From the NCBI RefSeq assembly GCF_006345805.1, contig NC_043001.1:16988001-17052000 (forward strand): a stretch of 64,000 bases of DNA. The letters are read 5' to 3'. Each line of letters begins with the position of its first letter. Position 1 is the first letter of the stretch. The position numbers and the translations under genes were made by a program. Below are positions 38,383 to 50,712 of the stretch, in pieces. The stretch comes from Octopus sinensis. Taxonomy: Eukaryota. The notes beneath the pieces were generated by a model. The model was not told the DNA's origin, did not search any database, and worked only from the letters and a program-made list of their open reading frames with translations.

Positions 38383-39030
38383 TCGCACAAAAAAAAGGGG
38401 GAAAACAATTCAATGAAAGACAAAAACATATTTACAGAGGGAAGACCCTCAGGAGCCGCAAGAAGGAGGTTTGATGGCTGCATGAGACCCCGGGAGACGC
38501 ATTTGAGAACTGCTGTTGTACATGGTACGCCTAAAAAAATTCCGTGAATTTTATTTTAGTGCAGCTCGCTTCTCGGAAAAGGTTGCCCATGCCTGCTTCA
38601 CAAGCTTATACGGCAGTCCCAAAGTGCCGGCCCCCTTTAAAGCGTCACCCGAGACGTGACGCTCCCCACTCGCTACTCTGTAGTTATGCTGCTATGTTCG
38701 TGTCTCCATGAGAATATTATGGATTCCATTCTTATTCTTTAAGTGTCCCCAATTAAGTGGGGCCATTACTGGAAATCTAAAACCTCGTTATTTTTACTTT
38801 GAACGGCGAAGTCTGAAATGACAATTTGCATTTTCAATCTTTATACGTTCTGGCAAATTCGAACACAAATATACTAATCACTGTTGTGTATGTCACAGGA
38901 CAACTTCTCCCTTTTATGATGACAACGTGTTCTTAACACACCGTGGCTCATCAGTGGAAGAGATTCTGAAACATTGGTGCTTGACATGTCTCAAGGGTGT
39001 TTGTGCGACTGCGTGTAAATGTATAACAAT

Positions 39031-39412
39031 GGAAGCACTCCGTCGGTTACGACGACGAGGGTTCCGGTTGATCCGATCAACGGAACAGCCTGCTCGTGAA
39101 ATTAACGTGCAAGTGGCTGAGCACTCCACAGACACGTGTACCCTTAACGTAGTTTCCGGGGATATTCAGCGTGACACAGAGAGTGACAAGGCCGGCCCTT
39201 TGAAATACAGGTACAACAGAAACAGGAAGTAAGAGTGAGAGAAAGTTGTGGTGAAAGAGTACAGCAGGGATCACCACCATCTCTTGCCGGAGCCTCGTGG
39301 AGCTTTATGTGTTTTCGCTCAATAAACACTCACAACGCCCAGTCTGGGAATCGAAACCGCGATCCTACGACCGCGAGTCCGCTGCCCTAACCACCGGGCC
39401 ATTGCGCCTCCA
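39031..39412 (-). mobile_element. SINE-C1 in the P450 last intron
   Basis: Full-length family match. Confidence 0.9.
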
Positions 39413-39889
39413 CTATGTATAACAATACCTCGTGTATAACTGATAGTAACTTTATTCGCCACGCAAAATATTTTCCTTGTTGGTCTTGAATTAAAATTAC
39501 ACTAACAATGTTTACGCATTGGAAGGACAATTCTGTATTTATTGTAACAAAATAGTTGGAAATTCTGTTAAAGCGCTGTCATGACAAGAGAAAATATTAA
39601 GACGGATCAGTGACTGGCAATCTGTAACCGCTGTCTACTCAGTTGAATAAAGAATCATTAGCCGAAACGTTGCGGATATTTGTCCTCATCTTGTTTGTTG
39701 TTAACACAACGTTTCGACAAACGATTCCTTATTCAACCGAGTTATACGCAGCAAAGTGAGAAGATGGTTTGCATGGCGGCGATTCTCGACAAACGGCGAG
39801 CAAAGTGCTTTCCGATCAGTTCTGATATCTGACAACAGATAAGAATTATTGTACGAAATTTAATATTTTATTTATTTATTTTTTCGTAA

Positions 39890-40567
39890 TATCCAAAATT
39901 TAAGAGATGAGGATTTATGTACATTATTTACGTTCAACGGATACTTGTCCTCATCTTGCTTGTTGTTAATACAACATTTCGGCTGATGTACCCTCCAGCC
40001 TTCATCAGGCGTCTTGGGGTATTTCGAACCTGGGTTCTCATTCCTAAGGTATTTTTCGATGTTGCTATTATTATTATTATCATTATTATTATTATTATTA
40101 TTATTAAGTGAGAGAGCAGTGCATGTCATCAAAGTGATACTGGGGTAAATTATACGAAGTCCATCATACCCATCATGACTACCCGTCTGATAAGGGTACA
40201 CTAGGCACATGCATTACAACCAATGTGCGCGACATGGTGATCTCATATCAAGATAAACAGAACATGACATTGCAGGTGGGGCCCAGTTAGAATTTTCTTC
40301 TTGTCGAGTAACCCATCCCGCTCAAAAGGTCCCTGAATAAGGATGTTGAACGAACCACCCATGTTTCCAAAGGTGAATTATCCAAACCTCCAAGAATTCC
40401 TTTCAACACACGGTTATGATGCTCCCCTACTTATTATAATAATAATAATAATAATAATAATAATTATTATTATTATTATTATTATTCAGGTCACTGCCTG
40501 GAATCGAACTCGGAATCTTGGGGTTAGTAGCCTGCGCTCTTAACCTCGCCGCCATATGCCCGTGGGC
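39890..40567 (-). mobile_element. Putative tRNA-headed, hammerhead-tailed element interrupted by a ~325-bp insert
   Basis: Head 40486-40567 (A box tggcggcgagg, B box gagttcgattcc), (AAT)n, opposite-strand insert 40107-40432 with its own (TAA)n tail, (AAT)n, module 39890-40066 with hammerhead. Confidence 0.55.
39968..40013 (-). ncRNA. Minimal hammerhead-like motif (decayed)
   Basis: GACGC-CUGAUGA-A-GGCUG(10 nt)CAGCC-GAAA-UG-UU-GUAUU; core intact, stem I has one mismatch, and the ACGU palindrome reads AUGU (it is gaaacgttgtgtt in the copy at ~39700). Confidence 0.7.
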
Positions 40568-40956
40568 ATATTTTTTTCATGTTGGTATATTTAAAGTTTT
40601 TACTCCCTTAATTTAAAATTCCTATATGATGTTTTTCTCTGTGCTTGGGCCAACTGGGAAGGTTGTCAAAGCCCAGTATATATCAGTCCTCCCCTCTAGT
40701 GTTGTTCCTTACATGACCCCTATGAAGCATAGACCAGTAACAATTTTTTCCCATAGTTCTCGGCACTGACTGTCAGGCTCACTGCTTCAGTATGGGAGGA
40801 ACCACCCTGAAGAAAGGCTTTTCCCTTTCAGGTCTCGTTGGTTTCGAATTGGCATCGACGCTTCAGTAACCTTGCCTTTTTGTAGGTAGGGGCGTTGGTT
40901 CTAAGTAAACGCATTTTTGCCTGTGAGAAGAAGTGATCCATATTTGACTGCTCTCC

Positions 40957-41000
<44 letters not shown>

Positions 41001-41109
41001 CGTGATCACCGTGACTGACCAGGCTATCTGATGTTGCTACATATCGCTGGTCACAATGCACTTCGCACTGTTTTAGCCTTCAGATGACGCCACCCCGCTG
41101 GCCAACAGA

Positions 41110-41295
41110 AGAAAGAATGAGAGAAAGTTGTGGCGAAAGAGTACAGCAGGGATCACCACCACCCTTGCTGGAGCCTCGTGGAGCTTTAGGTGTTGTCGCT
41201 CAATAAACACTCACAACGCCCGGTCTGGGTATCGAAAACCGCGATCCTACGACCGCGAGTCCGCTGCCCTAACCACTGGGCCATTGCGCCTCCAC
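41110..41295 (-). mobile_element. SINE-C 5' half
   Basis: Family match. Confidence 0.8.
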
Positions 41296-41302
41296 TATAT
41301 AT

Positions 41303-41418
<116 letters not shown>

Positions 41419-41496
41419 ATTACATATATAATATATATACATATATATATATATGTACATATATATATATGTACATATATATATATACATACATAT

Positions 41497-41528
<32 letters not shown>

Positions 41529-41654
41529 TATTACATATATATATATCATATATATATTAATATACATATATATATATATATATACATTATATATATATTA
41601 CATAATATATATATATGTACATATATATTATGTACATAATATATATACATACAT

Positions 41655-41724
<70 letters not shown>

Positions 41725-41783
41725 CATATATATATATATATACATACAATATATCATATATATATATATATATATATCTATAT

Positions 41784-41825
<42 letters not shown>

Positions 41826-41866
41826 GTGTGTGTATGCATTTTAATAAGAAATATTTTCATTACTAC

Positions 41867-42067
41867 CCTTACCACAGCCAACGATAATTCCTGTAAAGCA
41901 ACTCTCTGACCAACACATGCCCGGGCTCCGAAACCAAACGGAATAAATGAAAAGGGATGGTAGTTGGAACGCTTCTTCTCTAACCAACGTTCTGGTCGGA
42001 AATCCTCTGGATTATCAAAATACTTTTTCTGTTTTCCGGTCCAACCCTGGTGAAGAGACACCATCGT
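41867..42067 (-). CDS. Cytochrome P450 penultimate exon (PERF and heme-binding motifs), mitochondrial-clan-like
   Basis: Acceptor tactttttcgtttttcag|, donor AGG|gtagta; 201 nt, phase 0-0: [67 protein letters not shown] (FxxGxRxCxG). Confidence 0.95.
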
Positions 42068-42116
42068 CTGAAAAACGAAAAAGTAAAAGATATAACTGCT
42101 TGTAAATACGAGTATA

Positions 42117-42515
42117 TCTACATATACAAAACTGTAGTTGTGTGAGTGTCTGTCCCCTTCGATTTAGATTCCTAACTACTCCCACATTTTGCGGTGCAGT
42201 TTAACCAAAACCGGGTATCTTATAGTCGGGATTCATATCGAGCCCTTCTGGGTATTAGCCCGCGTCTACGATGAGTCTACGATTTTTAAAATAATTTACC
42301 ATCAATTTTTCCCATTTTTAATGTATTTTCGGCATATATAAGGGAAGTAACTCTCTAAAAATTTATTATTAAATCTCAGAACGTAAAAAGCTACAGTAAC
42401 ACCCCCCACCTTTGTGGTTAGCCATATTGAGATGGCTATTATACTTTACATCTCTAAAAATGCTTATATAGTTATTTCCCTTACAAACCCGAGCAACGCC
42501 GGGCGATACTGCTAG
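42117..42515 (+). mobile_element. Short non-autonomous Helitron
   Basis: A|TC...CCCGagcaacgcCGGG..CTAG|T, canonical termini, no TSD. Confidence 0.85.
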
Positions 42516-42757
42516 TATTTAATAGAAGGAGCCAGTGTTATTAGCTTGAAGTATTGTGATGCAGCAGCAAAATATCAAAATAAGGAAAACGAAAGTTGTC
42601 CAATACCTTGATGAACAGAAAACCTATATGGACGCAAAATATGTTGTTCTGTCATTGATGACGAAGAGAATGGGTGGGCTAAATATTCTACTTTTATTTT
42701 CGGTGGTGGTGGTGGTGGTGGTGGCGGCTGTGGCGAGGTTTGGTATTTGTTAATTTG

Positions 42758-43148
42758 TGAACTACTTGTGTAGAGACCTGTTTCTGTAGAGAACTGTTTG
42801 TGTAGAGAATTACTTGTGTAGAGCATTTGAGAACTATTTGTGTAGAGAACTATTTGTGTAGAGAACTGCTTGTGTAGAGAACTGCATGTGTAGAGCATTT
42901 GAGAACTGCTTGTGTAGAGAACTGTTTGTGTAGAGAACTATTTGTGTAGAGAACTATTTGTGTTGAGAACTATTTGTCTAGAGAACTGTTTGTGTAGAGA
43001 ACTACTTGTGTAGAGAACTACTTGTGTAGAGAACTGCTTGTGTAGAGAACTGTTTGTGTAGAGAACTATTTGTGTAGAGAACTGTTTGTGTAGGGAACTA
43101 CTTGTGTAGAGCATTTGAGAATGCTTGTGTAGAGAACTATTTGTGTAG
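42758..43148. repeat. 16-bp minisatellite (gtgtagagaactrytt), ~24 units
   Basis: Directly visible. Confidence 0.9.
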
Positions 43149-43528
43149 CTCTAACGAGATCACTGGCACACTTTTTACAGAAGGTTAAAATAAATATAAG
43201 CAATGTTTTAAACGTAGAAACTTAGAGGAAACAAATGGTAAATTAATGCTTAACTTCTTTCATTAATCATATTAGTAAATAACAATTTTATGAATATTAA
43301 TACTTTATTCACGACACTCAAACATTAGGGCATCGTTAGAACGTTGGACGAAATGCTCGGTATTATTTCTTTCAGGGTCGATAAAATAAGTACCAGCTGT
43401 GAACAGGGGTCGATGTAATCGACCAGCTCCTTCCCCTCAAATTACTGTCCCTACATCAAAATTTGAATCTGTAATAAGCACAGATTATCGAAAGCTTTAA
43501 ATTTATATTTTCAAAAATGCTCGGCGCA

Positions 43529-44136
43529 TGTAGATATCTATTTCTTTACTACCCACAAGGGGCTAAACACAGAGGGGACAAACAAGGACAGACAAACGGA
43601 TTAAGTCGATTACATCGACCCCAGTACGTAACTGGTACTTAATTTATCGACCCCGAAAGGATGAAAGGCAAAGTCGACCTCGGCGGAATTTGAACTCAGA
43701 ACGTAACGGCAGACGAAATACCTATTTCTTTATTACCCACAAGGGGCTAAACACAGAGAGGACTAACAAGGACAGACAAACGGATTAAGTCGATTACATC
43801 GACCCCAGTGCGTAATGGTACTTAATTTATCGACCCCTAAAGGATGAAAGGTAAAGTCGACCTCGGCGGAATTTGAACTCAGAATGTAACGGCAGACGAA
43901 ATACCTATTTCTTTATTACCACAAGGGGCTAAAACACGAGAGGACTAACAAGGACAGACAAACGGATTAAGTCGATTACATCGACCCCAGTGCGTAATGG
44001 TACTTAATTTATCGACCCCTAAAGGATGAAAGGTAAAGTCGACCTCGGCGGAATTTGAACTAAGAACGTAACGGCAGACGAAATACGGCTACGCATTTCG
44101 CTCGGCGTGCTAAGGTTTCTGCCAGCTCGCCGCCTT
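43529..44136 (-). mobile_element. SINE-A trimer
   Basis: 18-bp TSD tcggcgcatgtagatatc flanks the whole trimer. Confidence 0.92.
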
Positions 44137-44189
44137 CGGCGCATGTAGATATCCCTTGGAGAATAACAAGTGATGTCATCCGCATGAAA

Positions 44190-44440
44190 AACAGTTGTTA
44201 AGCTGGTGTTAACGCATTCATTGCGGGCATGTTTGAAAGATGATAAAATAAGTTGGTATTAACATATTCACTGTAGAAACCGTTAAAAAGATAATAGTTA
44301 AGATGGTGTTAACATATTTACTGTTCGAGCTGTTAAAAAGATAATAGTTAAGTCGGTGTTGACACATCTACCACAGGCATCGTTAAAACGATAATAATTA
44401 ACTTCAAGAGTCGTTGAAAAAAATAATAGTAAAGTTGGCT
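44190..44440. repeat. Degenerate 50-bp tandem repeat (4-5 units)
   Basis: ataatagtta recurs at 44291, 44341 and (ataataatta) 44391. Confidence 0.65.
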
Positions 44441-44444
44441 TTGG

Positions 44445-44745
44445 GAGGCGCAGTGGCCCAGTGGTTAGGGCAGCGGACTCGCGGTCGGAGGATCGCGGTT
44501 TCGATTCCCAGACCGGGCGTTGTGTGTGTTTGTTGAGCGACAACACCTAATGTTCCACGAGGCTCCGGCAGGGGATGGTGGCGATCCCTGTTGTACTCTT
44601 TCACCACAACTTTCTCTCACTCTTCCTGTTTCTTGAGTAATGCTGCGATGGACTGGCGTCCCGTCCAGTTGGGGGGGAACACATACGCCATAGAAACCGG
44701 GAAACCGGGCCCATGAGCCTGGCTAGGCTTTAAAAGGGCGTATAA
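44445..44745 (+). mobile_element. SINE-C2
   Basis: C head plus alternative tail. Confidence 0.85.
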
Positions 44746-45502
44746 ATAAAAAAAAATGAAAGTTGGCTTTAACATGGTTATAGGAAATTGCACCACAAAT
44801 ATTTTTGCCGTAGGAAAATTTGTTGAAAGAAATTTCGTTTTAAATAACTTCATTTTAAGCCTAATGTTTGACGATGAATAAAGACTTGTTATTTAATGCT
44901 TTTATAAAATCCTTTATCATTCTTTCTTTTTATTTAAAAAAAATTGCTGCTATTATACGCTTTATCATTATTGTAGATACGGCGAATTTTCTCATACAGC
45001 GAGATTTCTTATCGCGAATTTTCCGGTCACGCTTTTACAGGTTTGTTGCTAAGTTAACCAGAAATAAATATACCACTTTGAGTTATTATTCTCTTAATGA
45101 TCCTGTTTTCATACCCATACACTTGAAAACGGGTGTGGCTAAGTGACTCATAATTATAAGGTCATGATTTCAATTCTTAGATGAGGCATCATGCTGTGTA
45201 ATGTGGAAAGCATTTTCGTCTCGCGCTGTTCTAGTTGAATAGTATGAATAGCAGTTGACATGGTACAGCCCTCCCTTCATTCAGCTGTTATAACCTGAAT
45301 GTCCTGTTGAAATAAGGGTGAGGGGACCGAGAGAGTGTTCATATCTACTCGCGATTACGTAAGTACCTTACGAGGTGGCAGTACTAAACAGCGATGTGCA
45401 TTAAGTACAAACTTGTTACCGGTTCAAATACGCTTGAGGCGTGTTCGAACTCGTAAGAAAGTAATTTACAGTATTTTCTCATGGAGAAAATTTCTTTCTG
45501 TA

Positions 45503-45915
45503 GGAGTGGCTGTGTGGTAAGTAGCTTGTTTACCAGCCACATGGTTCCGGGTTCAGTCCCACTGCATGGCACCTTGGGCAAGTGTCTTCTACTATAGCCT
45601 CGGGTCGACCAAAGCCTTGTGAGTGGATTTGGTAGACGGAAACTGAAAGAAGCCCGTCGTATATATGTATATATATATGTACGTGTGTGTGTATATGTTT
45701 ATGTGTCTGTGTTTGTCTCCCCCCCCCCAACATCGCTTGACAACCGATGCTGGTGTGTTTACGTCCCCGTAACTTAGCGGTTCGGCAAAAGCGACCGATA
45801 GAATAAGCACTAGGCTTACAAAGAATAAGTCCTGGGGGCGATCTGCTCGACTAAAGGCGGTGCTCCAGCATGGCCCCTGTCAAATGACTGAAACAAGTAA
45901 AAGAGTAAAAGAGTA
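45503..45915 (+). mobile_element. SINE-B full length
   Basis: Family match. Confidence 0.9.
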
Positions 45916-46057
45916 AATAGCTGTAAATACACCGAGTCAGCTCACAGCGACCCCTAACCAAACTGTTGGGCGCATGCAGTTTAAAGTGGTTATCTGCCCT
46001 CCAGCAACAGAGACCAGGCTGACGCTACGAGCTGACATGAGTGACAGGTCCCGCTTG

Positions 46058-46278
46058 AGCTGGCAGACACGTTAGCACACGAAATGCGTAGCCGTATTTC
46101 GTCTGCCGTTACGTTCTGAGTTCAAATTCCACCGAGGTCGACTTTGCTTTTCATCCTTTCGGGGTCGATAAATTAAGTACCAGTTTCGCACTGGGGTCGA
46201 TGTAATCGACTTAATCCCTTTGTCTGTCCTTGTTTGTCCCCTCTATGTTTAGCCCCTTGTGGGTAGTAAAGAAATAAA
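46058..46278 (+). mobile_element. SINE-A monomer
   Basis: Family match. Confidence 0.85.
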
Positions 46279-46491
46279 TATTCCTGTCATCGTTCAATGA
46301 CAGGCTGCGCTATTGAGCAGATCGCCGTGAATTAAATACAGGGTGTCAGCGTTAAGCAGCGATGAACATAAATACTAATTCGTTATCGGTTTTAAAATGC
46401 TTGAGGCATATTTGAACCCGCAAGAAGGCCATTGACTGTATTTTGTCGTGGGGAAAATTCCTCGTTGTAGACAAATAGGCACCTTATATAT

Positions 46492-46903
46492 ATTTCTTTA
46501 CTACCCACAAGGGGCTAAACATAGAGAGGACAAACAAGGAGAGACAAAGGGATTAAGTCGATTACATCGACCCCAGTGCGAAACTGGTATTTAATTTATC
46601 GACCCCGAAAGGATGAAAGGCAAAATCGATGTCGGCGGAATTTGAACTCAGAACGTAACGACAGACGAAATACCTATTTCTTTATTACCCACAAGGGGCT
46701 AAACACAGAGGGGACAAACAAGGACAGACATAGGTATTAAGTCGATTACATCGACCCCAGTGCGTAACTGGTACTTTATTTATCGACCCGAAAGGATGAA
46801 AGGCAAAGTCGACCTCGGCGGAATTGAACTCAGAACGTAACGACAGACGAAATACGCTGCGCATTTCGCCCGGCGTGCTAACGTTTCTGCCAGCTCGCCG
46901 CCT
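46492..46903 (-). mobile_element. SINE-A dimer
   Basis: TSD taggcaccttatata. Confidence 0.9.
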
Positions 46904-47004
46904 TAGGCACCTTATATAATTACCGGAAGCGGGGTACATACTGCCAAGCTATATTCGCTTACGAGGGACAGTTGGCCGCATATCAATCAATGCTCAACTT
47001 TTAT

Positions 47005-47555
47005 ACAGGCGCAGGAGTAGCTGTGTGGTAAGAAGCTTGAGGCGAGCTGGCAGAAACTTTAGCACGCCGGGCGAAATGCGTAACCGTATTTCGTCTACCG
47101 TTACGTTCTGAGTTCAAATTTCGCCGAGGTCGACTCTGCCTTTCATCCTTTCGGGTCGATAAATTTAGAACCAGTTACGCACTGGTGTCGATATAATCGA
47201 CTTAATCCCTTTGTCTGTCCTTGTTTGTCCCCTCTGTGTTTAGCCCTTTGTGGGCAGTAAAGAAACAAGAAGCTTGCTTCCCAACCACATGGTTCTGGGT
47301 TCAGTTCCACTGCGTGGTACCTTGGGCAAGTGTCTTCTGCTATAGCCTCGGGCCGGTCAGAGCCTTGTGAGTGGAATTGGTAGATGGAAACTGAAAGAAG
47401 CCCGTCGTATATATATGTATCTATTTGTGTGTCTGTGCTTGTTCCCCCACCATCGCGTGACAACCGGTGTTGGTATATTTATGTGCTCATAACTTAGCTG
47501 TTCGGCAAAAGAGACCGATAGAATCAGTACTAGGCTTACAAAAGAATAAGTCCTA
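47005..47555 (+). mobile_element. SINE-B with SINE-A (47041-47267) inserted in its head
   Basis: TSD aagaagcttg around the SINE-A. Confidence 0.85.
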
Positions 47556-48147
47556 GGGTCGATTTTATAATTCTCTCTGATGAGGTCATACTGGTTTCTA
47601 ATTTAGATTCGATGCCAGTAATTGTATAGGACGTAGTTAGTTGATGATCGATAGTATCAAGTACCAGTACTTGACTGATACTTTATTTTATCGACCCTGG
47701 GAGGCATGAAAAGCAAAGTTGATCTCGACGGGATTTGAACTAAGGAGCAAAGAGTAGGAAGAAATACCCATTTCTTTATTACCCACAAGGGGCTAAACAC
47801 AGAGGGGAAAACAAGGACAGACATAGGTATTAAGTCGATTACATCGACCCCAGTGCGTAACTGGTACTTAATTATCGACCCCGAAAGGATGAAAGGCAAA
47901 GTCGACCTCGGCGGAATTTGAACTCACAACGTAACGCAGACGAAATACCTATTTCTTTACTACCCACAAGGGGCTAAACACAGAGGGGAAAACAAGGACA
48001 GACATAGGCCATTAAGTCNNNNNNNNNNNNNNNNNNNNNNNNNNNNNNNNNNNNNNNNNNNNNNNNNNNNNNNNNNNNNNNNNNNNNNNNNNNNNNNNNN
48101 NNNNNNNNNNNNNNNNNNATGAAGTGCTTTGATCAAGAACACAACGC

Positions 48148-48262
48148 AATTGTTTCATTGAAATTCGATCTCATGGGTATCGTTATATCATACAATAACA
48201 TGTGCAACACATTGTTACATAATATATCGATATCAATGAGATCGAATTTCAACGAAACAATT
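48148..48262. repeat. Fold-back with decayed hammerhead 3' halves
   Basis: ~40-bp arms ending AUGA-GAUCGAAUUUCAAY-GAAA-CAAUU(G). Confidence 0.55.
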
Positions 48263-48472
48263 CTTAACTGTTGCGATAAAGGGACTTGTCCACTCCATTC
48301 TCTTTGTTCGTAATTGCGAAAACTGCAGATGTGGATTTTCAGACATGATTTTGATAACACAATCTTTAGATTACTCTCTGTCTGATAGCCTTTATCCGTG
48401 GAAAAGCTTAATAAGTTAAACTCCAAAACATGAATAAAATTATACGTATGTATGTGCGTGCGCGCGGACGTG

Positions 48473-48785
48473 GAGGCACGTAGCTTAGTGGTTAATGTAT
48501 TTGGCTTACGATCGTAAGGTCGTGAGTTCAATTCCCGACGACGCGTTGTGTCCTTGAGCAAGATACTTTATTTCACGATGCTCCAGTCCACTCAGTTGGC
48601 ACAAATAAGTAGTACCTGTATTTCAAAGGTGCCATGGTTTTCATGGTGAATCTCCTTCAGAAATACGTTAAGGGTACACGTGTCTGGAGTGCTCCGTCAG
48701 TTGCACGCTAATTTCACGAGGAGGCTATTCCGTTGATCAGATCAACTGGAACTCTCGTCGTCGTAACCGACGGAGTACCAGTCGG
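48473..48785 (+). mobile_element. tRNA/CORE-type SINE sharing the C1 tail
   Basis: gtggaggcacgtagcttagtggtt...gagttcaattccc, tgtgtccttgagcaagatac, tail gtcgtaaccgacggagt. Confidence 0.7.
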
Positions 48786-48797
48786 TCTCTATTTCTC

Positions 48798-48849
<52 letters not shown>

Positions 48850-48862
48850 GTATATATATATA

Positions 48863-50139
48863 CAGAAGACATGTAGGAAGTAAATAGACAGCTTTAATTT
48901 TCATAATTACTGATGTAAGCGTCTTAATATGTTTTCAGTGGTGTAGAATTTACAATGTAATTACTCTTTTTCATTCCAGGTGCCATTATATCAAACATTT
49001 GCGAAGAGTAACCATGCCACGCACAAAAAATTCAGCAGAACTGTCAGATTTTCAAAGATGTATATTATTGGGCAATCTGAGGCTGGTCTTAGCCAGCGAA
49101 AAATTTACCAAAAATCTTCAAATTCCTCTTGCTACTGTTAATAGAATTATAGTGCAATTCAAAAGCCAAGGAAAAGAATCAACGGATTCTCGCCCCAGCC
49201 GACCTGGGCCCTTGGAAAGGAGGCCCGCTGTTTGAAGAGAATTGTGGGAATCGAACCTCGTTCGAAGGCTCCTGACATTGCAAAACAGCTAGAAGTTAGT
49301 CCAAGAACGTGTGTTACAAATCTGCATAAGCTTGGGTATTATGGACGAGCAGCTAGAGAATCTCTCCTTCAACCAATTAATATCATGAAAAGAAAGGAAT
49401 GGAGGAATGGGCTAAGGAGATGTCAGAAAAATCCAGTTCATTTTGGGATAGAGTAATTTTCTCAGATGAATCCAGATTTGCGTTATTTTCAGACAGTGAA
49501 CGTGTTTGGGTCAGGGGACTTCCCAATCAAGAATCTGATTTGAAACGACCCCAACCAACTGTGAAACATGGCGGTATCTCTGTAATGGTATGGGGAGCTA
49601 TCACCAGCAACGGTCGTTCTGAGCTGATCGAATGTGTTGGAACCATAAACTCTGAAAAATACATCGAAATACTTAAGCAAGGACTATTCCGATGTATTCA
49701 CACGATAACATAACGAAAAATGAGTTTTTATTCATGGAAGATGAGGCTCCATGCCATACGGCGAAAAGGAATCAACAATGGTTGACTGAAAATGGGATCA
49801 AAAAGCTTCCTTGGCCGAGTCAATCTCTTGACAAGAACCCTATTGGAAATCTTTGGAGTATACTAGATAGAGCTACACGAAAAACTCGACAGAGATCTAA
49901 ATCTAAAGATGAATTGTTTCGATTGTTGCGTGAAAAGCGGACCTCAAGAGACAATCACAAAGCTCATCAGTTCAATGTCAAAAAGAGTTTCTGAATTAAA
50001 AACTGCAAAGGTAATGTCACCTAAATACTAATGTATGTAGTCCTGCCTATCGATTACTTTTCAATTGTTAGCTTTGTGTATTAAATAAAAGATTTTGAAA
50101 ATTAAAGGTGTCTATTTACTTTCTGCACATCTGCATATG
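48863..50139 (+). mobile_element. Tc1-like DNA transposon, frameshifted
   Basis: Paired-HTH N-term (MPRTKN..ELSDFQR), IFSDES, HGGISVMVWGAI, FMEDEAPCHTAK, WPSQSLDKNPIGNLW; imperfect TIRs sharing aagtaaatagaca.ctttaattttca; TA flanks. Confidence 0.88.
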
Positions 50140-50213
50140 TATACACACATGTATGTATGTATGTATGTATGTATGTATGTATGTATGTATGTATGTATGT
50201 ATGTATGTATGTA

Positions 50214-50398
50214 TGATAGATCGGTAGCCACTACGCACATTTTTTTCTCTCCTTGTTTTCTGTGTCCCTTTCTGTAGAAGAGCGAAGGCTCGAAACGTAA
50301 AAGACTTTTTCTATTCCTGAGCGTTATACTGATACATCTGTTTGCTTTGTACATCACCTGTCTTCGTCTTTTGTTTTTTTCTGTAAACTCTCCCTATA
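50214..50398 (+). mobile_element. Penelope pLTR-like short repeat with a minimal hammerhead (50264-50305)
   Basis: GUC(CC)UUU-CUGUAGA-A-GAGC(GAAG)GCUC-GAAA-CG-UA-AAA GAC; between microsatellites; its first 35 nt recur at 4235-4268. Confidence 0.6.
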
Positions 50399-50712
50399 TG
50401 TATGTTTGTATGTTTGTATGTATGCATGTTATGTATGTATCAAGGGTTGAACAGAAAAAATACAACAAAGGGAAAAAGTCAGACGAAAGCAAAGCAAAAT
50501 GGAAACTAGACTTAACAGACGGGAAATTAAACAAAGACAGGATACAAAGAATATTCGTAGCCGAGTTTTCCTCTTCAGTCAATGACGCAAAATATCATAG
50601 CAGTTTCGCGCCAATTACCTTTGAATGTATACAATATCAATGTTTGTTTTTACGTTCAATTCCATTAAAAAACAATTTGACATCAGTCTGAAGAGTTACT
50701 CAACACTTTTCT

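Noticed and set aside
38899-38996. Plus-strand exon candidate inside the P450 intron (TTSPFYDDNVFLTHRG...)
   Set aside because: Weak donor, no homology recognised.
47575-47610. CTGATGAG as a hammerhead core (also CTGATGAAG at 2694)
   Set aside because: No properly placed stem II, GAAA or stem III.
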